From a virus (lineage: Duplodnaviria > Caudoviricetes), in the IMG/VR virus record IMGVR_UViG_3300027971_000001: DNA of 64,000 bases; one strand, written 5' to 3'. Each line of letters opens with the position of its first letter. Position 1 is the stretch's first letter. The position numbers and the translations under genes were made by a program. Below are positions 58,194 to 64,000 of this stretch, piece by piece. Below the pieces are notes generated by a model. That model had not been told where the DNA came from. It did no database searches and worked only from the letters and a program-made list of their open reading frames with translations.

Positions 58194-58666
58194 TATTTTA
58201 CGTAACTGGAGGTGGCGCTCACGCAGCCATCTGCAATCGCGTTAAGAACTTTGAGGGCCAGTGCTGGATCATTTCCAATTTGCCCGTAAAGATTGCGATA
58301 CACGTCGCTAAGACTGGCAGCGAAGTTTGTCCAATGTGTTTTCTCCGGGAGAAAATTAGCCACAGCTTCATCCAGGTCGTCTGCAGATGGTACAGATCCA
58401 CTGCTCAAACTACGAACCACATTAGCAACATCATGAATCATCTTGGCTTTGGTAATGCGATCTTCGGGGCTGACAGCTCCTTCAAGTACTGCTGTGCAGG
58501 CGAGGTTAACTGCAGGTTTCACATATGGAAGTGCCTGCTCGATCTTTTGTTGGACTGTGGTTCCGCCAGTTGATCCGGATCCACCTCCGCCGTTATTGGT
58601 GGCACAGCTGGATAGAAGCATTGCGAAGGGTAAAGGAAGTAACCATTTGAGTAGTTCATTAATCAT
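58193..58666 (-). CDS. Lipoprotein
   Basis: Signal peptide with lipobox LSSC, Gly/Ser linker; TAAATA 5 nt upstream. Confidence 0.75.
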   Translation of the reverse strand: MINELLKWLLPLPFAMLLSSCATNNGGGGSGSTGGTTVQQKIEQALPYVKPAVNLACTAVLEGAVSPEDRITKAKMIHDVANVVRSLSSGSVPSADDLDEAVANFLPEKTHWTNFAASLSDVYRNLYGQIGNDPALALKVLNAIADGCVSATSSYVK

Positions 58667-58927
58667 GAAAGTATTTACCGCCTGTCAGTCCAAAACAACA
58701 ATTCTTGCCAAAATAAAATATATAATCTTTTTTATTTGAATAAATCTTTAAGGGCTTCCATCCAATTGAACCCCACATCCCCTGCATTTTCCATCAACAA
58801 CAATTCCTCTTCACTTGGTGTGTGGTCTTCTCTCATCACCTTGTGTTTGGAATTTCTTTTGTCCACAACCATATGTATCTCACGGGTTATGGAAAAATCA
58901 ATTATTTTAATTATTTTTTATATTTTT

Positions 58928-59314
58928 TTATCGAAACATGCTGTTTCGGCTTCGTTTGCCATCAACCTTGCTGGTATCATAGTCATGACATCTGCTTGGA
59001 TTCAATCCCAGTGCCCGCATTACACTCTTCCATCCGTCTCCATGGCCATCGTCTCCGAAAACCTTATAAGCAACAAGATGTGCCACTTCATGAGGAATGG
59101 TATCATTCATGAAATCCTCAATATTCTCTTTGCATAGCTGTTCATTCAGTTGGATACGCCATTGCTGTAGCCATGCACGACCTGCAGTGCTGCCAATGAT
59201 TACCCATTCCAATTTGGGAAAATCGAACTCGGCACCATACTCCTCGTTCAGCTCTTCCAGAACCTGCCACACCCGATGAGTGGCTCGTTCTTTCATGGCT
59301 GTAACATCAAGCAT
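58928..59314 (-). CDS. SprT-like zinc metalloprotease
   Basis: GSTAGRA, LNEQL, TIPHEVAHL (HExxH), GHGDGWK.VM. Confidence 0.9.
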   Translation of the reverse strand: MLDVTAMKERATHRVWQVLEELNEEYGAEFDFPKLEWVIIGSTAGRAWLQQWRIQLNEQLCKENIEDFMNDTIPHEVAHLVAYKVFGDDGHGDGWKSVMRALGLNPSRCHDYDTSKVDGKRSRNSMFR

Positions 59315-59495
59315 CTGGCTTGTTTCCCCATTCTGGATTCCAGTCCGATTGAACCTGCTTGGTCTTTTCTTCCATCACCATCATTTTGTATCGGCATGTG
59401 GCTTCCACCAAGAATATCTCAATGGCTTGCATGGTTTCGCTATCCACATCTGATAATATTTCCTTCTCTAGTTTTTTGCTTAATCTGTTGTTCAT
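59307..59495 (-). CDS. Hypothetical protein
   Basis: Start refined to ATG 59495, 6 nt after the -10 of promoter copy 8. Confidence 0.55.
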   Translation of the reverse strand: MNNRLSKKLEKEILSDVDSETMQAIEIFLVEATCRYKMMVMEEKTKQVQSDWNPEWGNKPDA

Positions 59496-59501
59496 GTTGC
59501 T

Positions 59502-59530
59502 AGCTTGGTCAATTATTTCACAAATGTCAA
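59502..59530 (-). promoter_or_regulatory. Conserved early promoter, copy 8
   Basis: TTGACA-TTTGTGAAATAATTGAC-CAAGCT-N6-ATG. Confidence 0.75.
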
Positions 59531-59540
59531 TATTAAAAAT

Positions 59541-59754
59541 AGTTCTTCGACCCTCTACGCTCATGATTTCGTAAAGGAATATCCTGCTCCTCTTTCGCCT
59601 CTGACTCTGGGCGTTGGCAGGTTCATCCTCTTATGGGAGCTAGTCAGACTCGCCAAGAGAAGTGTTGGCGTTCCGTTATACATAACCAATGTCTCCATTG
59701 GAAACTTTCCAGAACTGCAACCTTTCGGTCAACCTTCTCCGATATCGAAGAACT
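59541..59754 (-). ncRNA. Candidate 214-nt multi-domain structured RNA (element A)
   Basis: Perfect 10-12-bp closing stem, GNRA-capped hairpins, possible pseudoknots, own promoter, AUUUUU tail. Confidence 0.75.
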
Positions 59755-59797
59755 ATACGCTTTGTATACTATCTGATTTTATTGTCAATAATAAAAG

Positions 59798-59870
59798 AGC
59801 CGGATGTCGGATTTGAACCGACGACCTGCGGTTTACAAAACCGCTGCAACTACCGCTGTGCTAATCCGGC
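59798..59870 (-). tRNA. trnT: tRNA-Thr (UGU)
   Basis: GCCGGAT/ATCCGGC; GCGGT-TTTGTAA-ACCGC; GGTTCAAATCC. Confidence 0.95.
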
Positions 59871-59872
59871 AT

Positions 59873-59955
59873 TGGGCAGAAGTGGATTCGAACCACTGAA
59901 GGCGTGAGCCAGGAGATTTACAGTCTCCCCCGTTTGTCCACTTCGGTATCTGCCC
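59873..59955 (-). tRNA. trnY: tRNA-Tyr (GUA)
   Basis: GGGCAGA/TCTGCCC; GGAGA-CTGTAAA-TCTCC; long variable arm. Confidence 0.95.
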
Positions 59956-59996
59956 ATGATTATTATATATTCTATTTTTTTAAAAATAAATGATTG

Positions 59997-60069
59997 TGGG
60001 CAAAGAGGGATTCGAACCCCCAACCAAGGCATTATGAGTGCCCTGCTCTAACCGTTGAGCTATTTGCCC
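59997..60069 (-). tRNA. tRNA with CAU anticodon (Ile2 or elongator Met)
   Basis: GGGCAAA/TTTGCCC; CTCATAA loop; paired 1:72, so not initiator; C4:G69 is compatible with Ile2. Confidence 0.9.
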
Positions 60070-60072
60070 AAA

Positions 60073-60163
60073 TACCTCCGATTGGATTCGAACCAATATT
60101 GCGCCCTCATCTAGGGCTTCACGAGTATAAGTCGTGGGTCTTAACCAGTTAGACGACGGAGGC
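60073..60163 (-). tRNA. tRNA with UAU anticodon (Ile?) and a 22-nt variable region
   Basis: GCCTCCG/CGGAGGT; CACGA-CTTATAC-TCGTG; GCCCT-AGATG-AGGGC variable arm; ATTGG-TTCGAAT-CCAAT; 91 nt. Confidence 0.85.
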
Positions 60164-60169
60164 AAAGCT

Positions 60170-60421
60170 CTACGCCGTCTTTTCTATTCGAGTCTGGTGT
60201 TTGAATGGGGGCTTCCATACATAACTGCCCCACATCTTCATCTTTAATTGTTGTTTGGCTTGCTTGAATGCTTTGGGCTTCATCTTCTTTGATCGCATTC
60301 GGGCTTCTTCAATCACACATTCTTCCTGCACTTTACCACTAAACTTTTTAAGACAACGAGCAAACGAATCGTTGCTTTGTCTTTCCCTTTCACTTACCTT
60401 CATGTTTACTCGGTCTACCAT
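60170..60421 (-). CDS. rpsU: Phage-encoded ribosomal protein bS21
   Basis: FARCLKKFSGKVQEECVIEEARMRSKKMKPKAFKQAK aligns with bS21 F..AL..F......V..E.R.R....KP....K.AK; small and basic. Confidence 0.75.
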   Translation of the reverse strand: MVDRVNMKVSERERQSNDSFARCLKKFSGKVQEECVIEEARMRSKKMKPKAFKQAKQQLKMKMWGSYVWKPPFKHQTRIEKTA

Positions 60422-60430
60422 ATTCTTAAC

Positions 60431-60459
60431 CTTATATACCTTTCTGGGTTGATTGTCAA
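60431..60459 (-). promoter_or_regulatory. Sigma70-type promoter for the bS21-tRNA operon
   Basis: TTGACA-17-TATAAG, 9 nt before the ATG. Confidence 0.75.
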
Positions 60460-60648
60460 TTAGTTTTTAAAATCAAACTCATATTGTTCAGCCATGTATC
60501 TGCCCCGCATCTTTTCATTCAACAATGCTTGTTCGGCTTCCAACATATTTACCATCAGTTTTTCTTGCCACAGATCATCGTTACCATGCATGACCAGTTC
60601 TTGATAGTCTTTTAGTATTTGTTCCAATACTTCAGTTGCTCTTTTCAT
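60460..60648 (-). CDS. Hypothetical protein
   Basis: 62 aa; ATGA coupling. Confidence 0.5.
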   Translation of the reverse strand: MKRATEVLEQILKDYQELVMHGNDDLWQEKLMVNMLEAEQALLNEKMRGRYMAEQYEFDFKN

Positions 60649-60839
60649 GCAATCTCCTTTTCTGTTGTATAGCTATCCTCATAATCGAATGCTTCATTTG
60701 CATCTTGAGGATGATTTCGCAAATAGTCAATCCTTTTCTGTGCCATGTTTAGCAGTTCGTCTACCGGTATATTATCAAAAGTTCCGATAGGTGTCTCCAT
60801 TTCAAACCGCATTCTTGCAACATAATTAACCACCATCAT
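60645..60839 (-). CDS. Hypothetical protein
   Basis: 64 aa; ATGA coupling. Confidence 0.5.
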   Translation of the reverse strand: MMVVNYVARMRFEMETPIGTFDNIPVDELLNMAQKRIDYLRNHPQDANEAFDYEDSYTTEKEIA

Positions 60840-61009
60840 TTGGTTTCCCTTTTATATTTTGTTATGAAGTCATGGGCAGTCATCATGCTTTCATCAAAGT
60901 GTCGGGTGCGATATTCATGTGGAGTATCCTCGTCAGCTTGGCTCATCAGTTCCGCAAGTATATCCACACTCTCGTTTAATAACTTTTTATATTTTATATC
61001 TTCTTTCAT
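60836..61009 (-). CDS. 57-aa hypothetical protein (not in ORF track)
   Basis: GGAGG Shine-Dalgarno; MKEDIKYKKLL...; coupled to the next gene. Confidence 0.55.
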   Translation of the reverse strand: MKEDIKYKKLLNESVDILAELMSQADEDTPHEYRTRHFDESMMTAHDFITKYKRETK

Positions 61010-61036
61010 TTGTCCTCCTATATGGAAGGTGGGGGA

Positions 61037-62098
61037 TTAAACCCCACCCTCCATTTGAGCACCACCTGCTTCACCAACATCATCTCCACCTTCCTCACCC
61101 TCACCCGCACCTTCCTCGTTGGCTTGGGCGAGACTAGCTTTGCCAGCATCGGTAAGTTTGTAGACTGCTTCCTCTCCTCGACCTTCCTTCATCACCTTGC
61201 CCTCCCGAATGAGTTGTCGGATGATGAGATAACCCCGCTGAACATTTCCATCTACAGCGTTGGTTACATCGGTTTGGGTCAATGGCTCGGCAAGCGAGAG
61301 AACCTTTTTCAAATCCTCTTGCCAACGCACTTTGCGAGGGTCAATTTGGGCAGGGGCAGTTCCATCATTCACCCGAATTGCATTATCCAAATCGAATCCG
61401 TTGTGTCCTAGACGAAGCTCAACATTATAGAGTCTGCCATAGCGATTCTTTGTGCTGTAAATCACACGCACATCTTCATCGGTCACGCTGGAACGCATCA
61501 TAAAGTTTGCGTCCACGGCGTGAGGAATGAGAGTCGAACCCCGATAGTTGTTGCTCTTTGTGACGTGAAGAATCAATCCAAGAACACACTCTGTCTTTTT
61601 GCTGGACTTAATCATTTCATGGAGACAATAGCTTTCCTTCTCCCTAGCATTCATCTTCTTTGCCGTGGTGAGACATTGAAAGCTATCCACTACCATCACA
61701 TCCACTTGGCTCATCATTTCAATTACCTTGTCTACATCAGTTTGAATTGCGATGTTCACATCCTTCAAACCGAGACGACGACAAGTATATGCCAACATCT
61801 CACGGCTTTCTTCGCCAGAGATATAAGCAGTTTTGATTCCTACCTTGGTCATGCAATTAAGCATTTGAAGCAGGAAGGTTGTCTTACCAAGACCAGCACC
61901 AGCCGCGAGTGTAAAAACTGTAGATGGTAACAAACCTTCGCCCCCGAAGATTTTATCCAACATCTCATTTCCAGTTTTCAAACGGCGGTTGAAAAGATCG
62001 GGGATAACGATCTCGCTAACCTTCGTAAGATTGGTTTCGTTGTGGGAGAGGTTCATCACCGCTCCGCTGTTAGGTGTAGTTGCTGTTGTGTTGCTCAT
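61037..62098 (-). CDS. RadA/Sms-like RecA-fold ATPase
   Basis: EMLDKIFGG.GL, AGAGLGKTT, YISGEES, VVDSFQ, HVTK, KNRYG; no N-terminal Zn finger and no Lon domain. Confidence 0.8.
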   Translation of the reverse strand: MSNTTATTPNSGAVMNLSHNETNLTKVSEIVIPDLFNRRLKTGNEMLDKIFGGEGLLPSTVFTLAAGAGLGKTTFLLQMLNCMTKVGIKTAYISGEESREMLAYTCRRLGLKDVNIAIQTDVDKVIEMMSQVDVMVVDSFQCLTTAKKMNAREKESYCLHEMIKSSKKTECVLGLILHVTKSNNYRGSTLIPHAVDANFMMRSSVTDEDVRVIYSTKNRYGRLYNVELRLGHNGFDLDNAIRVNDGTAPAQIDPRKVRWQEDLKKVLSLAEPLTQTDVTNAVDGNVQRGYLIIRQLIREGKVMKEGRGEEAVYKLTDAGKASLAQANEEGAGEGEEGGDDVGEAGGAQMEGGV

Positions 62099-62192
62099 AG
62101 GTTGGAGAGTGACAGATTTTGAAAATAATACAAGAAAATAATCTTATATTTTATGGGGGTGGGTGAGTTATTAAAACGGCTAATAACCAAGA

Positions 62193-62486
62193 TTAGCTCA
62201 CCTTATGCATGAAGATGGGCGTGTAATCACCCACATATGCACCTTCGGTGTTGTAGCTGAAAAATTCTTCAGCGTCATCGGGACTCATATCCTTCTCCAA
62301 AATCTTGATGCATTTGGCTCGGTCATATATCGCCACATTCTTTCCACCAAATGCACTTCCAATTCCAATGAATGCACCATCAAAATTATCTGCCAACAAT
62401 ATCTTGTTCGCTTCATCGGGATAATACTCCTCGATGAATTCGCTGATCATTTTACGATTAGGGTTTTTATTCTTTATTCTTTTCAT
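62193..62486 (-). CDS. Conserved phage hypothetical protein
   Basis: DGAFIG...AIYD..KCI...DAEEFF.YNT.GAYVG..TPIF. Confidence 0.7.
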   Translation of the reverse strand: MKRIKNKNPNRKMISEFIEEYYPDEANKILLADNFDGAFIGIGSAFGGKNVAIYDRAKCIKILEKDMSPDDAEEFFSYNTEGAYVGDYTPIFMHKVS

Positions 62487-62800
62487 TGTGCTTTCTCCTT
62501 TTTGCCAGTTATCAAGTATTGTTTGATATATTGGCCGTTTAGATTTTCTATATTCACTTCACTATACTTCCTGCGATATATGGTATCTGCAAGAAGAAGA
62601 GGATCTTTACAATAATAAGCATCCCCATTTCTGTTGAACACACGCCAAAGACCTTGGCCAATATTGACCAGATTCTTCAGCTTGCTTCTCAGCTTGTTTG
62701 TCATTCTCACTTGGTTACCCTCCTTTGTTTTAGGGTCATCAGAGGTAACCATATTCTTTTCTTTCTTGCAAGTCTTTTTTTGCAAAATCTTCTTCTTCAT
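62483..62800 (-). CDS. Basic hypothetical protein
   Basis: 105 aa, Lys-rich; TAAATA 9 nt upstream. Confidence 0.5.
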   Translation of the reverse strand: MKKKILQKKTCKKEKNMVTSDDPKTKEGNQVRMTNKLRSKLKNLVNIGQGLWRVFNRNGDAYYCKDPLLLADTIYRRKYSEVNIENLNGQYIKQYLITGKKEKAQ

Positions 62801-62979
62801 TACTTGATGTATTTATTTCAAAATAACAAAAAAGATTTTATATATTTTAAAAAAGAGATGTTGCCGGGGGATGGCAAGCTCCCGGAGAAGCTCCCGGCAC
62901 CACCCTGATCCGGTGGTGTTCAGTCGAGACCAGCTCTTCAGAAAAATTTCGAGGGAACAATAACACTGCAGTTGGTTGG

Positions 62980-63011
62980 AAAAAAACGGGACTGTAAGAC
63001 TCTTACAGTTC
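62980..63011 (-). terminator. Intrinsic terminator
   Basis: ACTGTAA/TTACAGT stem followed by a T run on the minus strand. Confidence 0.7.
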
Positions 63012-63034
63012 TGCTGCCGCTGCAGCGGCCCTGA

Positions 63035-63199
63035 TCACGCGTGAATGTCAACCAGGCGGCGGCATTTGGTCTTCAGGGCCGCGATGAAATCGTCACCCAG
63101 GTCATACTCCAGATGCAGCTCTTCCAGGAGCTCAGTGTTCTGCAGTGCAACCAATGCTGCATGCGCCAATACCAATGTTTCACTATCGTCGAAATGCAT
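63035..63199 (-). CDS. 54-aa acidic helical protein (not in ORF track)
   Basis: MHFDDSETLVLAH...; similar to the 57395 ORF. Confidence 0.55.
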   Translation of the reverse strand: MHFDDSETLVLAHAALVALQNTELLEELHLEYDLGDDFIAALKTKCRRLVDIHA

Positions 63200-63205
63200 T
63201 TTATA

Positions 63206-63445
63206 TTATTTTATTTTTGTTGATGTTTCTTCCACGAAATGAATCGCTTCTTTTCTCACGTACCATGGCCAGGGCCAACTGCAGTCAATCAACACGGTGT
63301 AATGCTCAGTGTTGCTGACACCGCTTATCTTGCCATATAAACGGTCCCCGTCATCGGTTTGAAATGTGACGCTGCGGCCCACATTCTTTTCCATTAGCTC
63401 CAGCTGCAGCTCTTCGTCTGTTATCATGGTATTTTCCTTTGACAT
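63206..63445 (-). CDS. Hypothetical SH3-like small protein
   Basis: VGRSVTF...YGKISGV...YTV beta-barrel pattern. Confidence 0.5.
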   Translation of the reverse strand: MSKENTMITDEELQLELMEKNVGRSVTFQTDDGDRLYGKISGVSNTEHYTVLIDCSWPWPWYVRKEAIHFVEETSTKIK

Positions 63446-63635
63446 GCTTTTTGGATCAACGTTTCTATTAGACAGGTTTGTCCATCAGACATGTTGTTCC
63501 TGGGTGGTACCGGTAAGGTTATGGTAAGGATATATTATCGTTCCGCCGGAGTGGAAAGAGATGTTCCGCTATCCAGGGTGGTCGGAATGCACGGGATATG
63601 AACCATGCACTCACGGAAGATAATAAATTAATATA

Positions 63636-63926
63636 TTATTTCTTGTGCTTGCCGTTAATGGTGATGGCGCTCTGAAGCACTTCCGGACTGATCTCGGGCA
63701 GACCGGCTGTTGCATTCAGTTGCTCGCGCACCTGCTGCACGTTCAATCCCTGGCGCAGCAGCTTGAGCGCAGGACGGCAAATGTATTGGCTCCTGAACTC
63801 AGCTGGCTTGGTGCTGAGATATCCGCTGCCTGCAGTGCGCGTGGCACCGGTAATAAGACATACCAGCTTGGCTGTTTTACCTTCACTCTTGCGGCCCCGA
63901 CGGGTTTCAGTGGTTGATGTATTCAT
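63636..63926 (-). CDS. Hypothetical basic protein, GC-rich
   Basis: RRGRK, LVCLITG, YICRPA.KLLRQG; possible DNA-binding protein. Confidence 0.6.
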   Translation of the reverse strand: MNTSTTETRRGRKSEGKTAKLVCLITGATRTAGSGYLSTKPAEFRSQYICRPALKLLRQGLNVQQVREQLNATAGLPEISPEVLQSAITINGKHKK

Positions 63927-64000
63927 ATTGTTTTCTTCTCCAGTATTATTCTTTTCAGAAATCTCCGGGACAGCAGCATCTGCCGCTTTCTTCCCGGGAA

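Noticed and set aside
52045-59530. CRISPR array
   Set aside because: The repeats are irregularly spaced (hundreds to thousands of bp apart), separated by genes, and have promoter anatomy; no cas genes are present.
59541-59754. RNase P, tmRNA, 6S or group I intron identity for element A
   Set aside because: GGAAAGUUUC resembles RNase P CR-I but no CR-V partner is present. There is no tRNA-Ala-like end or tag ORF, it is not a single rod like 6S, and the helix order does not fit P3/P7.
1-64000. Stop-codon reassignment
   Set aside because: NrdA, NrdB, terminase and sheath are full length under code 11; TAA, TGA and TAG all end genes; no suppressor tRNA is present.

Overview
This is a 64-kb segment of a large, AT-rich T4-like (contractile-tailed) bacteriophage genome. 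No cellular housekeeping genes are present. From 1 to 21 kb it carries baseplate, tape-measure, tail tube, sheath, terminase, neck and primase genes. From 21 to 32 kb it carries a four-gene glycosyltransferase/methyltransferase island, three paralogous beta-propeller fibre proteins, two tail-assembly chaperones and a tail fibre. From 32 to 48 kb it carries an AAA ATPase, putative head-packaged repeat proteins, NUDIX, nrdAB, two HNH nucleases and a cytidylyltransferase. From 48.7 to 64 kb is a mostly minus-strand, locally GC-richer early region with many small genes (DUF932, SprT-like, RadA/Sms-like), five tRNAs and a phage ribosomal protein bS21. Four unexplained features stand out. (1) Two intergenic structured RNAs (57240-57355 and 59541-59754, minus strand) share promoter geometry, an AGUUCUU...GAACU-AUUUUU closing stem and an internal CAGAGUCAGA 10-mer; a third candidate lies before tRNA-Gln. 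(2) Transcription appears largely leaderless: TAAATA sits 5-9 nt before about 20 late start codons, and a conserved 20-mer early promoter places its -10 six nt before ATG. (3) A bS21-tRNA operon includes a UAU-anticodon tRNA with a very long variable arm. (4) A hairpin sequesters a Shine-Dalgarno that serves a probable ATC start codon. All protein family calls come from motif recognition by eye; no database search was run.
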